A stretch of 63,982 nucleotides of DNA, counting the filler, from Lenisia limosa (lineage: Eukaryota; Protista; Breviatea), in assembly GCA_001655205.1 (NCBI GenBank). It is 15 parts of 15 records of this genome, joined end to end, with 100 filler letters (N's around TTAATTAATTAA, not from the genome) between each part and the next. Parts side by side here need not be neighbours in the genome. Positions count along the whole stretch, not along the records: positions 1 to 3,886 come from LPNZ01003524.1; positions 3,987 to 13,103 come from LPNZ01001425.1; positions 13,204 to 15,370 come from LPNZ01005672.1; 12 more parts are not named here. The stretch is one strand, 5' to 3'. The position numbers and the translations under genes were made by a program. The notes beneath the pieces are model-generated. The model made no database searches, was not told the DNA's origin, and worked only from the letters and a program-made list of their open reading frames with translations. Shown here piece by piece: positions 1-13,218 of this stretch (positions are counted from its first letter, which is position 1; the number at the start of each line of letters is the position of its first letter).

Positions 1-666
1 ACATGTTTGTGCATAATAATATAGTATATTTATGATACAGTATGTAGATATATCGATATATTATATTACACAACACCCTATACCACCTCTCCCACAAGGT
101 TGAGTCTCCTCAGTTGCTTTGATGGGCTTACTAACTGCTGCTGTAATAATAAAGAGCAAAATCATAGGAGCTTCACTTTCGGTTCCAGACATACTTTTAG
201 ACACATATTTAGGATTGCTTCGGTAAAATAGGGATCCACCCCCCACAGGCCAAGGAGCGCAGAAGTATGGTAATTTGTTTCTGGTATCCCTCTGTATTTA
301 TTTGTTCCCCTATATTTCAGATGTGTATTATTTATCCTCCCCCCCCCCCNNNNNNNNNNNNNNNNNNNNNNNNNNNNNNNNNNNNNNNNNNNNNNNNNNN
401 NNNNNNNNNNNNNNNNNNNNNNNNNNNNNNNNNNNNNNNNNNNNNNNNNNNNNNNNNNNNNNNNNNNNNNNNNNNNNNNNNNNNNNNNNNNNNNNNNNNN
501 NNNNNNNNNNNNNNNNNNNNNNNNNNNNNNNNNNNNNNNNNNNNNNNNNNNNNNNNNNNNNNNNNNNNNNNATACCGAAAATACATCGAAACTTCAGCCT
601 TTTTTGGAACCAAAAGTGTAAGAAAACAACAAAACACACACACACAAAATAACCCCCTCATCAAAC

Positions 667-3600
667 CTGAGGAAACTGGGGGCGCATTGGCCCTTTTTAA
701 AATTTTCTCTGTACGCTCAATTTCACGGCGCATGCGCGAAGCCTCGGCCAACAGCTCACTGGCAGACATGGCGGACCGGGTTGGTTCCTGGGGGGCACCC
801 ACAACTTCCACGTCATCGTCCTCCGCGTCGGACTCGTTGAACGTCACGTGCAGGCGCCCGAACGGTGTGGGGTCACCAAGGGGGGTCATCGGTAATGGGG
901 TAGACAAATGCTGACGAACAACCGATGGTTTGATTTTCGGCTGGTGGAACTTGACTGTTTTAGCGACGGGTTTGGCAACTGCTTTAGGGATTGCAACGTC
1001 CTCGAGAATTGGAGTTGAGAAGACGGGTAGACGAGTGTCCTGTTTGGAGGGAAGCGCGATCGGTTTGAGAGGCTGGACGCTTATGGGCTCTTCTGGTTCG
1101 ATATTAAAATTGACCAAAATGTACAATAAATGAAGAATTCCTTTTGTAATTTCCAGCCCGCGTTCAGAAAGTTTATTTCCCAATATTAAGAAATTAACTT
1201 AAGAAAATTTATAAACTGCCGTATGCTGGGGAGGCACGTAGAAAGCTGTGTGCACAGAGCTGTAAGGCAAATGATTGGGTGAATTAATATTTTACTATTA
1301 TCCAATATCTCTTATAAGCGTGATGGTGNNNNNNNNNNNNNNNNNNNNNNNNNNNNNNNNNNNNNNNNNNNNNNNNNNNNNNNNNNNNNNNNNNTTTTGG
1401 ATTCATTATGGTCCGCAAAGTGAAAATATTGATTAGCGATTTCGATGGAACATAAAAACGAAGAGAAACCAACCTATAGTAACCTCAGGGACAATAACGG
1501 TAGGATCGCCTAAAATACTAGTGGGCGGGGGACCCAATAGAGAAATCGGTTCCTGCTCAGCTGACAGACTATCAGCGTCACTGGTATCTTTATCCAGACC
1601 ACCTCCGTCGGCGAGAACAATATCAGGGGACAGGTCAATGTAGGACCTATTGGAGTCAACACCTTCTGACAAGTTCTCGGAGGTTTTTTGCTTCTTCGGG
1701 TTGAGTTGGAGCTTGAGGCGGACTTTCTCAATAGTGTCTTCCTCCTGTCGTCTTTTCTTGGCTTCCACTTCCGGGGTTGCCTAGAGATATGACAAAATAA
1801 CAGAATGATCCATATCATATCATTTATTATGAAACTGGAACACAAATCTTGAAAATAACCATTTTACTCCCAAAAATTTACCCCAAAAAATATATTTAAT
1901 ACTATATCAATCTTTTTTCCCCATATAAATTACCTCGACAACTTCACCATCCTCGAAGCTTGCATCGGGGATCGAGATCAGTTCACTATCGTCATCATCG
2001 AGTGAGCTCTGAAGCAGTATTGCCTCCATTCGAATCTTCTCCTTCTCAGCAATCTGATCCGAAATTTCCTGGTAGGACGCTCTCAGTTCTTTAAACGATA
2101 AATCATCCTGATGGGCCTTGTCATTTTCTTGGTAAAGGAAGTTGACAGTGGCCTCCCTTAAGATTGCTTCCAAGCTTTTGACCTCTTTTTCAACACATTT
2201 TTCCTTTAAGTCATACGTCTCTTGCCATTCCTTCTTTCTTAACTCTTCTACCTTCTCAAGTTCTTTAATCTCCTTCCGAACCTCACGAATAGAATTGAGG
2301 ACGTCTTTGAACATTTTGAATTCATCTTCCAGGATCTTCAGTTTCTTTTTGTTGCTCTCAATTTTGGCCGCCATTTCCTTTCTTTGGGACCAGAGTAGTG
2401 TTTTGGTGATATCAAACTCACTCTGCTCAAGTATCGCTTTCTCATTGCGTTCAATCTTGGCATCTATCTTCTTACCGTCTTCAATCACTCTCTGATGCGC
2501 TGCTTCAAAGATCTTAATCTCATCGTCAAACATAGCTCTCACCTTCTCCTTATAGGGAGCAAACTCAGCCCTACGAGAACGCTCACTGGCAACGTCACTG
2601 AGAATTTTCGCGGAAATTGTCTCCTTTTGTCTTTCAAGGCTTTTCAGCTGCAGCTCTGACGCTTCATGAAGAGCGGCATTGTAGGCAAGAGAACCCTTTT
2701 CAACCAAATGATTGTCTTGCTGGCAGCGTTTTACAAGAAGCTTGATATCCTGGAGCTGGAGCTGGGAGGTCCTAAGAAGTTTCTCGTAGGAGGCAAGTTT
2801 GTTGTTCTCACGAGTCTCTTTAATTGCGATTGCTTTGAGCTTTGTAGTCTTTAAATTGAGCAGTTTTGCACCCAAGGATTTCTGGTAAGAGGACTGTTTG
2901 GCCTTGTCTGCTTCATAGAGCTCAGCAGCCTTCTTCAAATTTGCGACTTTGGTCAAAATACTTTTGTTGAGAACTGCCAATCGAAGGAAATACGACTCCA
3001 TTTCATTGTTTTCCTCCACCAACTCCTTGGATACGCGATCGATTTGCTTTTGCATTACCTCATCTAGACATTGTTTTTCCGAATTCACTGGGAGAATAAC
3101 TTTCATTTCTGACACCCTCAGTTCGCACTGGACAATTTTTTCAATGCTTTCAAGGCCAAACTTCTCGTGTTCCTTCTTCAAGTTGCTGAGTTCTTGCTTG
3201 CACCCCTCAATTTGCGTTTTAACTGCTGCGACTTCTCTATCATGTTCTTTATGTCTCTTNNNNNNNNNNNNNNNNNNNNNNNNNNNNNNNNNNNNNNNNN
3301 NNNNNNNNNNNNNNNNNNNNNNNNNNNNNNNNNNNNNNNNNNNNNNNNNNNNNNNNNNNNNNNNNNCATCCATCAGGTTTGGAGGTGACGGCACTGGTGA
3401 TGGTGATGGAGTTACGAGGGGACTTGTCGGAGGGGACGTGGGAGGAGAGGAGGGTTCTTGTGAGTCTGAAGAGGTGTCAGGGGTGTTAAGCCCTTCTTGT
3501 GAGACGTTTTCATTCTCTATAGCTGCAAGGCTCTCATTAGGAGTGGCTGGAGTAGCAGGAGTATCTTCGGTTTCCGTTTCAGAAGAAGCGCTGATATCAC

Positions 3601-3886
3601 CAGGAGAAGCAGGGGTGCCATAGAGGACCCTTGTTTCTTTGGAAACAGGAATAACTACGGTAATTTGTGGGAAATTTGGGGAACCATGACCATCATTACA
3701 AATGTTGCTGGTGCAAACTGTTGAAGGCGCATTACCAGCTATTTCGGGTAAAGAAGTGCAGTTCTTCAGGGGTGACAGAGCTTGGGGTGAAGGTTCTTGG
3801 ACTGGAGAAGAACTATCAGGAATTGGACTTTGGGCTTTGGGTCTGGGGGGCTGAAACGTTAACTCGAAATAATGGAGGGGATGAGG
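667..3886 (-). CDS. Large coiled-coil protein of unknown function, 5'-truncated, at least 3 exons
   Basis: Open frame from the scaffold edge (3886) to a GTAATT donor at 1933: S/P-rich region, then a long K/E/L heptad region. It splices in phase to exon 1780-1474 (ATPEVEAKKRRQEED..) and exon 1092-667 (EEPISVQPLKP..) with canonical GT-AG. Confidence 0.7.
1226..1328 (+). repeat. Dispersed repeat family R3 (TIR-less), intronic copy
   Basis: GGGGAGGCACGTAGAAAGCTGTGT..GGCAAATGATTGGGTGAATTAATAT..ATATCTCTTATAAGCGTGATGGTG matches 7316-7415 and 59750-59910. Confidence 0.85.
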
Positions 3887-3986
3887 NNNNNNNNNNNNNN
3901 NNNNNNNNNNNNNNNNNNNNNNNNNNNNNNTTAATTAATTAANNNNNNNNNNNNNNNNNNNNNNNNNNNNNNNNNNNNNNNNNNNN
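3887..3986. other. Artificial scaffold-joining spacer (first of 14)
   Basis: 44 N + TTAATTAATTAA (stops in all six frames) + 44 N. The identical 12-mer also starts at 13148, 15415, 18042, 22939, 30648, 45748, 47135, 50146, 51899, 55281, 58888, 60734 and 62779. Confidence 0.97.
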
Positions 3987-4173
3987 GCGCCCCCATTATA
4001 CCGAAGCCCAACAGGCTGAGTGGCCTTGAGAGCGCCCCCATTATACCAAAGCCCAACAGGCTGAGTGGCCTTGAGAGCGCCCCCATTATACCGAAGCCCA
4101 ACAGGCTGAGTGGCCTTGAGAGCGCCCCCATTATACTGAAGCCCACCAGGCTGAGTGGCCTTGAGAGCGCCCA
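3987..4173. repeat. 45-bp minisatellite, 4+ units, cut by the scaffold edge
   Basis: Unit GCGCCCCCATTATACCGAAGCCCAACAGGCTGAGTGGCCTTGAGA at 3987, 4032, 4077 and 4122, head to tail with no spacers. Confidence 0.95.
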
Positions 4174-4589
4174 TGTTAGTCGTCCGCCGCCGGCGTGGCC
4201 CGGACACATCCAGAAGTGATGACGACAGCGTCGGGAGTCCGATACTCGGCTCGTGGACTGTGAGGATAGTTGGGGGGTGATTTACAACACAAATAAAGCA
4301 AAAATTACGCTTTAGGTCACTTTTGTCCAATTTCGTTACTTTGTGTATGAAGAAGAAATGTATCAGGATAAACGCCCAATTTTTTGTGGAACAATAATTG
4401 AGTTGGTGAATGAATGAAATGATTCTTCCCTCTTCTCACTTTGTGAAATTGGTTTTTGCGATGGAATAGTTGAGACTGAATCCACAAATTCCGAGTTTCG
4501 GTCAAATTGGTCAGAGATAACACTCACAACATCATCATCAGTCTAAGTGCAATAAGTACTGTGGTCTTCCAAAATCAACGCGGAATGTA

Positions 4590-5577
4590 CTTAAATTCCT
4601 TGTTCTCACACCTTTTGCTTTGGAGAAGATAGGGCTTCAGAGGACACCAGATCAGAGATCATCAGTTCATTGTCCGTATGTTGAGAAGTGCTTCCTTCAT
4701 CCTCAGCTAGACCCATTCCGGGTTCCTCAATCATGTCAGGCTGAAAAGGTCAAATGTCCCATCAAACTATGAATACTAAAAATCTTACATATTATTAACA
4801 GCGTACCTCGAGAGTTGAATTGTTAATGCAAGGGGGCTCATTTTCAATCTTATTGTTGAGGGAAAAAAATACTACAAAACAGAATGCAGAATTTGTGAAC
4901 TAATACATCCTAATAACCGTTTACCACCCAAATGTCAGTCAAAATAACCTCACCTCTGTTTCTTGACAGTTTTGAATACTTGTACCAGTGACATTCTCAT
5001 TCATGTCAACATCATCGTCATTGTCATCTTCAAGATTATCTTCGTTATTTTCTGCATCTTCGACATGGTTCTGCTCGACAAGTGCCTTATCACCCGTCTC
5101 TGGTTAGTCAGTGTCCTGTTGAATTGACATGGCAATTCGGTGTTGATGACCTGATCAGTCCAGCAATGCCAGGTTCCCCAATACTAACCAGTACTGTCAT
5201 CTTGCGTGCTGTCTTGAAACTCATTCCTTGTCAGAACACCTGCAATGGTGAATTCACATGTTACTAAATTCGAAACCGGCTTCACCAAAACCTTTTATTT
5301 CATTAACCGGAGCGATAAAAGCTGGGAAGAACAGAAGACAGAGAAAACGGTTACACAAAAGGTGGTCGTTTGAGCAAAAGTCGTCTTAAATCCGACAACA
5401 TGAACAATCCATAAGATATTCAGAGGGGAGAAGGCTTAGGAAAAGACGATCCCGAAGAAATATATCGGAAAACTCACCTTGTGAAAAGGAAGCATCACTT
5501 TCGCTTTCAATACTGTCAATTTCAACAACAGTGTCCCCCAAGAACCCCGAAGGTGACTCAACATGCAATCCTTCCAT
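4590..5577 (-). CDS. Probable multi-exon acidic protein, unknown function
   Basis: Coding-like D/E-rich segments bounded by GTGAG donors (e.g. ..ESESDASFSQ|gtgag; ..EDNLEDDNDDDVDMNE..). No recognisable domain. Confidence 0.3.
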
Positions 5578-7315
5578 GGTAAATCGTTTACCGCTTCTTA
5601 CCCCCTCAAAATAATATAATATATCAAGTTAAGGCTAATTTAAGGGTAGGAGTCCAAAAACAACACAAAAATTAGACACATAAGAAAATATATATCCCCT
5701 ACATGAACTTACCCTATATGGCAAGTTTCGAAGCATTATGATGATTGAAAGGGCAGTTCACAATACTGAACCACTCAGAAGACATTACACATGTGACTTC
5801 ACAGAAAAGAAGCTTTTTAATCTTCAACTTTTTAAATCATGAGTAAAATAAGCCTGTTACCTTTTAAAAAGGCACGCGGAGCATGTGAAGGGGTAAATCA
5901 AGACAGGATTTCAAGATTCTAGACAGTTTCCTTCGGTGTGGAAGAAGTGGAAAGCGCGCCAAGTGATCGGTTCCCTCTAATGAATAGTTCTACACATTTC
6001 TGTTATTCTCAGGCATAAACGGGACCTAAGAGTGGATTGTTCTTGAGATATGACTATATTTCTCATCTGTGACCCTAATAGCGTGCTCTCCTTCCTAATT
6101 CTTTTCTAACTCCTCAAAATCTTGTTATTACACTTCTTTTTAAAAGGTGTTCTCTCTTGCGAAAAATGACGTTATAACTAGACGGCCGCGCACTATAAAG
6201 GCCCACCAAAAAATGCTTATTTTCATAAATACGCGACTTAAAGCTCTGTTTACCTTGGATATAGTCTGAAAAAAGGTTGTGCTTCGCGTCTTGTGTATCA
6301 GCGGTCCTTACACCGCCTTAAGCCATGCCCCCCAAAGCACCTCCGCCTTATCTTAGGCCGGTTTGTGGATATAATAATAATAATAACCCGAAAATAGGCA
6401 TTTCTAGCGGCTCGTATTTACTACCCAGAATTCCGGTGTGACACAGATCTCAGCTCCCAGTAACAAGGCCAGTGGAGTGGGAGCCCCTCCCCCCTCAGTT
6501 TCGAAAGCGCCAAAACGACAGTTACCTCCAGTAAGAATGACTTGGGCATTTTATGAAAGAATACTAGAGATTTGGTTGGTCTTGTCGTTACATTCGCTTA
6601 GAAAATACCTGGCGGAAAATCAGAAGCTGAAAACCTCGCTAAATGTATGAGGGTGAAGATTAATGTCTAACTAGTCGTGACAGTAAGGTACTATTAAAAT
6701 ATTTGGATGATTACGTCTTGTTGAATCCATAAATTGTACAATAAAACTATTGATGTTTTACAATTTGTGTCAACAATAGTGTGCAATAGTGTGTAATTCC
6801 CTTACGGCTTAGTTTCCTCCCCCTCTCCGACACCATCAACATCTGCTTCTATCCTCCCAAGGTATGGCCAATGTTTAAGATGATAGATGACATTTTGTGA
6901 GTTGATTAAATAGAGTGCTTTTGTTCAAACAAGATATTAACCTCAATTTACACAGTTTTTTTACATTGTATTTATCGCAAAACAGAATTTTTTCGTTTAA
7001 TGGTTTTTTGGAAGTGAGACCTCCATTTGACATAATAGGCCTGAAAGCCGGCGACTCAACTCAGCACGATGCCGTACCCCACAATCTGGTAAACTGGGGC
7101 TTCAACAGATATGATTAGACATGCGCTACTATTTGATTATTATGATTTAATTTTTTAAAAAGGAAGCACTCATCAAGTATACGAGCAATTCAATCTTTTT
7201 TGGGACTATATGTTGCTTTTTAAATCTGCTCATGCAACTGAGGAAAGGGCTACTACTATTCTAGGCTGTGTGTTTTAGGTTATTTTTTCCTCTTGTGAAA
7301 TAGTATGTGATATGG

Positions 7316-7415
7316 AAGGGGCACGCAGAAAGCTGTGTCCTGAAAGTTGTAAGGCAAATGAGTGGGTGAATTAATATTACACTATAATTCATTATCTCTT
7401 ATTGGCGTGATGGTA
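7316..7415 (+). repeat. Repeat family R3 copy
   Basis: Aligns by eye with 1226-1328. Confidence 0.8.
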
Positions 7416-7566
7416 TGGAAGAACTCAATGTCGATATTTACTTATTGGTGTTTTAGGAAGGGTCACTGTGGGCCGGGTGGGGACTGCCCAGTCGCAGCGG
7501 CCGGAGTCTCGAGGGTCAAGACCAGCTTCTGGTAAGGGCGGCTTTTGCATAAATATCGATGAGATG

Positions 7567-7618
7567 CAGTGACTGGGAAAATCACATTGCAAATCGGTCA
7601 AAACTTATCCCGTCACTG
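7567..7618. mobile_element. Tc1/mariner-type MITE (family M2), internally deleted
   Basis: CAGTGACTGGGA ... TCCCGTCACTG followed by TA. Confidence 0.7.
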
Positions 7619-8744
7619 TAAATATACTACTATCTACCCGAGTGAAAAATTCCTTTTTACTGTAAGCGTGTTTCTAAACTAGATGGTGTGAATGTATTTG
7701 CTTGGCTTGATATGATATACACCATTTAAACATTTTGTCCTTTTTTTATTGAGCTTAAGATATGATATGCCTTTAACATCTCAGCGGTGTCTATGAGGTC
7801 TCACATCGGTCTTGAAGGTTGTTTGTTGGAACTAACGCTTTTGCCTAGTTAACTTTTACCCTTTTATCTCCATTTATCTCTTCATCATGATTGGACTCTT
7901 TTGATAGGAAATGGCACTGTCAGACATCTGTTAATTTCAAAAAAAATTAAGGTTCTCTTCTCTCTCCAACGTTCACAAATTAGGTGGTGACGAAGATGAT
8001 GAAGAAGAAACAGGCAGTATAATGGGTTCATCGAGGAGAATACTCAAGAATGCACGAATGGTGAGAATCCTGGTTGTGTTGATTGCTTTTGATTGCGTGA
8101 CTTTTATTCTTCTTTCATAATTCATCAGGTTGGGTAAATTACTTATTTAATGGTAGATCATATCATCTCAAATACAATTATACTAATTAAAAATATACTT
8201 TTTATTTTCTCTCTTCTTTATGTGCAGATTCAATTGACAATGTATTTTTTTTTTCAGGTTACACACTGATACCCTTTTTTACTACCTGAATCCCTAAATT
8301 ATGATATTAATAGACATAATAATAAACCCTGTTCATGATAAATATACTATATGATATAGTTGGTATCCATTATGAATGGTGTGTGTGGCTTTATCTGATG
8401 CAACGTTGTAGTATAGTCTCATTCCATACATTGTGAGGTCTCACTATGATAGGGAGGAGCCCAGGATGTGTACCCTGAATCCAAGATGCAGCAACATGGA
8501 ATGGTTGGTTCTGATCATAACACCACTAATGATCACGTTGTTGCTTGAGATCTGCACCCCTAGGCCCTCTCACTTCCACCCCCTCATATCCCTCTTTTTT
8601 ATTTATTGATATTATCATAGCTGCCATACACACTCTCTCACACTCACTCACTTTCGCTGAAGTAATGGGATGCGGTGCTACAGAAACGAGGGGCATGGCT
8701 TGTTTGTTGTTGTGTTCAGCTGTCCTTTATTTCTCAAATGTTTT

Positions 8745-8819
8745 GCCAACAGAGTTGATTCTGGGTATTGTTGTTTTATAAATTTTTCAATTTTACTCCC
8801 GCCCCCTTTTACCATCAAG
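8745..8819 (+). repeat. Repeat family R4 ending in a putative splice acceptor
   Basis: CCAACAGAGTTGATTCTGGG..TTATAAATTTTTCAATTTTACTCCCGCCCCC..AAG, followed by a coding-like exon (LFHNPQGRSPLW..). Confidence 0.65.
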
Positions 8820-9741
8820 CTCTTCCACAACCCGCAAGGACGGTCACCCTTATGGGCAGAAAACGGATACACCGAACCCGTGACGCGCTTTGGTGCTACA
8901 CCCATCCCCCATGACACAAGTTTCATCACAGATGACCCGTATGATGGACAATCCTGACGTTCCTATGAAATATTTGTTTTTCGTCTTTGAGTTCGGACCG
9001 AAGCCCATAGTGTTTTTCAGTTTTATTTAACTATGTGTCACATTGTTTCCTCAGGATGCTACGGACAACCTCAGTGACAGGAGGGGATGAAAAGGCTGTC
9101 CGACTAGTCCGGGAAAAGGCGCGCATTGACCGTGTTCGACAATCACAAGAAGGCTTCCTTAGTCATGCTCGACAGCAAGAGAACCTTGTAAATGGGAAGC
9201 ATGAGAGCAAAGAATGGAATGACAATTTAATGAACTAATGTGACCCCAATAGGCTGAACAACGACAAAACAGCAGAGTTGAAGCAGCCCAGTCACAGAAG
9301 TCTAATTACCTTCAGGTGAGCGAATCTTTTTCTTAACTTAAATACCTTCTTTATCAAGCTCCCTCGATTATCATCGTATATCACAAAACCGCCAGCAATA
9401 ACGAACACGATGGGGAATATTGGAGTAAGGACAACCGAATAAGGAAACAGTTAGTGTAAATGAGATACCGTCCCCCCCCCNNNNNNNNNNNNNNNNNNNN
9501 NNNNNNNNNNNNNNNNNNNNNNNNNNNNNNNNNNNNNNNNNNNNNNNNNNNNNNNNNNNNNNNNNNNNNNNNNNNNNNNACTAGCCAACGAGTCCCGAGA
9601 GAGGTGACTTGTCTTACTTATCTATGTACAATGTATTCTTCGAATTCTCTCTGGTTAACCTTAATTTGCTTTCCTAAAAACGATATTACCAAGAGGAAAA
9701 TCGGATTGAAACAAGAAAAGTGATACATAAAGAACATGCAG

Positions 9742-11561
9742 CTAGAGCTTGTTGACAAGGGGGATGAGCGCAATGACTGAGGTGACAGCACCGCAAAGAC
9801 CAACCACAGCCTGACCCGTTAGATGACCATAGCTTAACCCAAGATCCAGTCTGAGAAAAAGATCATAGAACTATTCCAAAAAATATAGTGAATTATCGAT
9901 ATTTCGGTCTTTTTGGAACCGAAGAGAAGCCCATGACCCAAACACGCACCGGGGCGATGGGAGCGCCGATAGTGGCAAGAGGGAGCGGAAGGTCCAGAGT
10001 CAGCTGAGCGGCATCAAGGAACTGCTGGGGGCGGGCGGCAATGACGGCTTTTAACTCGTCAGACACGGCATCGCTGGAGGGCGCCTCGNNNNNNNNNNNN
10101 NNNNNNNNNNNNNNNNNNNNNNNNNNNNNNNNNNNNNNNNNNNNNNNNNNNNNNNNNNNNNNNNNNNNNNNNNNNNNNNNNNNNNNNNNNNNNNNNNNNN
10201 NNNNNNNNNNNNNNNNNNNNNNNNNNNNNNNAAAGAGAATGACACAAAAGATGAGAATAGCAATACTAAATATCGAAGCTCACTCGAAAAAACAAGTGTC
10301 TATTTAATACACCATTGGTCAAAGGATGATGTCAATAAGAAGAGCAACAACAAACACGTTTGAGCATACCTCCTTTAGGGACTTCTTCAACGCACATTCC
10401 CTAAAATATGAGAAAAAGTAAGAATTTCTTCAACAAGTTGAGAAAAAAACAAGGCCAAGATCTCCACTTCCGTCTGCAACGTGAAGCCAAGGAAAATACC
10501 CATTCCATACTTGGCGTAAGATCTGAAGAGGGTGATGAGGGCCTTGGTGAGGCCTGCAACAAGACCGAGGAACCAGAAGAAGGCCGAACGCTTGGCTGAC
10601 GTGGCAGTGTCGTTCTTAATGAGTCCTGATTTGGTGAACTCTCCTGGTACAACCTCTCTGATTATAAAGTCTTCCTCCTATAAATAAAGCATCAAAAACA
10701 ATGATTCAGAAAATTGACGTTAACAGCCTGAACAAGCTGGAATAGCCTAACCTTCAATATGATATTTTTTAAAAAAAAAATAGAAGGTCACCACAAAGAT
10801 TCGATAAGATTCTCAAGTTAATTTGGGTGTGTTCCCATCCCACACCAACCGAGACGAGAGAGCCAGACCATGTGGTCAAAGAGCAGCCAAAGGGCAAGGG
10901 ATCCGGAACGCATCTGGGGGGATCAAGACATTACCATATGCTGATGTTGAACGAATGTTCTAGAACGACCGAGAAAAGCCACAATTTAAACTCAAAACAC
11001 CCAACTCAACTCAAAAAATAATTACAAATTACCAGCCACATAATCCTACCAGTCCAAGGACTCTGTCGGTGGTGTTCTTGACTGTCATGCCCTTTTGGAA
11101 GGCCTAAAGAATCAAGCTGGCGGAGCAATAGGAGGAACTAGCATGCGTTGAAAATTGCTCTGCAAGACAACCCATTGATATTTCCACAATACTTCCATCT
11201 ATTGTTAACTTTGTTGAGTATTACTTTCAAATATCATCCTCAACCCACAAGGAAGAAGTCCATAGTCTTGCCAAGTCGGAAGAGCTTTCTGGCCAGAGAA
11301 ATGTTACCCTCAACCTAAAAGATGAGATTTGCTTTGTCTTATTAAATAGTACCCTTTTAAGGAGCTGAACAGTTGCAGGAGATGTACCGAGGGGGCTGTT
11401 GTAGACAAACTTGCTGCCAAACTGAGTCAAACGCATGAGTTTGTCTCTAAATTTGCGTTATAGTGGTCTCAATACACAATTATTTACCTTCCAACGATGG
11501 TGGAAGTGAGTTTCACCCACTTCTCCACCATTTCAACTGAACCTGAGTACACCTTATCCAT
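9742..11561 (-). CDS. PEX11: Peroxisomal membrane protein PEX11 family
   Basis: Spliced translation MDKVYSGSVEMVEKWVKLTSTIVGRDKLMRLTQFGSKF..VEGNISLARKLFRLGKT..LFDHMVWLSRLG..AFFWFLGL..TLDLPLPL..VVGLCGAVTSVIALIPLVNKL*. Contains the PEX11 motifs GRDK.xR..Q, RK.FRLG and the C-terminal VGLCG..SS-like segment. Confidence 0.85.
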
Positions 11562-11749
11562 TTTTGAAGCTCAAAATTAGCTTGTCAATAAAAAAAAGCA
11601 ATTATCAACTGGATGAATTCCTTCAAAGCCTCTTGAAAATGGGAAAAAAAAGTTTTAATAGTGTTAATCAAAACTAATCATATTTTAACCTTTTTCACAA
11701 TATTGTCCAGTTTTTTTCCATTTTCCCCAAATACTCACTGATACTGAAT

Positions 11750-13086
11750 ATGGGAGGTTGCAAGTCAAAATTAGAAGCGCAAGAAACGGAGTACTCTGAC
11801 GTTAGGTAAGAAACTGTCATTGCTTTTTCTCAATCTTCAGAGGTCGCCTTGCAACTGGAGATATCGTCCTGTTTAATCGCGAGAACGCTTTACTGAAAAA
11901 CGAAGAAAACGAGTACACCAACTATGGTGGGCTTTAGCGACCTTTTCATTTGTTATTTTGTCTTTCAAACATGAATATAAATGTGGATCATAATGTAATT
12001 ACTTATTTATCTAGGTATTGTTATTATTGACAAGGAACTTGACGTTGTCTTTGTTGCTGAGGCCTCTACTTCAACTACTACACCAAAGAACATTGAAGAG
12101 AAGAAGTGCGCCCTCTCAGGTTTGTTTCCATTATAATGGCCAATCTCATTGTGTAGTGACAATCCGCCCTCTCTCTACTCGTCTTTACCATGGAATGAAT
12201 AAGGTTGCTTCAATTAGACTGGTAAGTAACGTGTTTTGTTTTTTGATTTTTTTTTTTCTGTAACGGCTCCAGCTCGGTTGCAAGAGGGACGAAAAGACTC
12301 TCACCAAGCTTGCTGCTTACCTGAAGGACGCAAGGCGCAAGAGAGACCGTGAGTGATTGTAACACGATACACAAAATCTTGGAAAACAGATGTTTGGGGT
12401 TTGGATTTTGGGGATTTCCATTCGATCTCTTGTTGGAAACCGTCGGAACGCAAACAATGAAAAACCCTACTGCTCTTATTCTGGTCATTAATGCTTCCAC
12501 CTTCTCCCCCCAATCTTGCTGACAGGCATCTGACAACCCAGTTGTTGACATTCCTGCTGTGACCACCGAGGAGGGTGTTTATGAGAATCGCGAGGACCTT
12601 GCCGCCGCTTTCACTGAGACCTTTATCAACGATGCTCTCAAGGCGTGGGCCCTGTTGGCTTCGTCATTCAGATATACTTTCCATTCGTGTTCTCTAATTT
12701 TTGGCTTTTGTGAATTGCCCCTTTTAGGGTTCTTTATTATTATTGGCCAATATCTACATGTTTTCGCTGTCTGCCATTGCTCATATTTTATTTAGCTGCG
12801 GCTGTGAGCCTGATGCCCCCCTCACCCACGCAAACATTGGAGGACTTGTAGGAATCTGCTGTGTTGAAGCTGGGACTATTTTCTTTTTGATCGTACTTAC
12901 GCTTTCCAATCCTCATACCCCCAGGTGCTCAAGGTCGGCGGTAAGCCCAGCACTCCCCCTATCAAGGTGAGCAAATTTTCCTGCATAGTCCTGGCTGGTC
13001 CCCATTTAACCTTGTCGCTAAACCTTATAGATTAAGCTTGAGAAGGGTGAAGGATTCGAGCCTCAGATTCCCAGAGAGATGACGGA
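11750..13086 (+). CDS. Probably N-myristoylated protein, weakly similar to the permuted NlpC/P60 (YiiX-like) fold, 3'-truncated
   Basis: MGGCKSKLE start (Gly2, Cys4). Exons give LATGDIVLFNR..TNYGIVIIDKELDVVFVAEAS, resembling the GDIVLF..H.GIV..V.EA pattern. About 9 GT-AG exons. Confidence 0.45.
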
Positions 13087-13218
13087 GGAAGTTAAGGGTA
13101 CTTNNNNNNNNNNNNNNNNNNNNNNNNNNNNNNNNNNNNNNNNNNNNTTAATTAATTAANNNNNNNNNNNNNNNNNNNNNNNNNNNNNNNNNNNNNNNNN
13201 NNNCCCCCCCCCCCCCAG

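Noticed and set aside
1907-3886. Long apparently intronless ORF as a viral or retroelement gene
   Set aside because: It ends in a GTAATT donor at 1933 that splices in frame to downstream exons, so it is a large exon of a host gene. No gag/pol motifs were seen.
3931-3942. TTAATTAATTAA palindrome recurring 14 times (possible piggyBac TTAA sites or chromosome-breakage signal)
   Set aside because: It is always centred in exactly 44+44 N, so it is a synthetic linker.
3987-4173. CRISPR-like array
   Set aside because: The units are contiguous with no unique spacers, there are no cas genes, and the context is eukaryotic.
4630-4640. TAGGGCTTCA match to the M1 end
   Set aside because: It is an isolated 10-mer within a probable exon, with no internal or opposite-end similarity.
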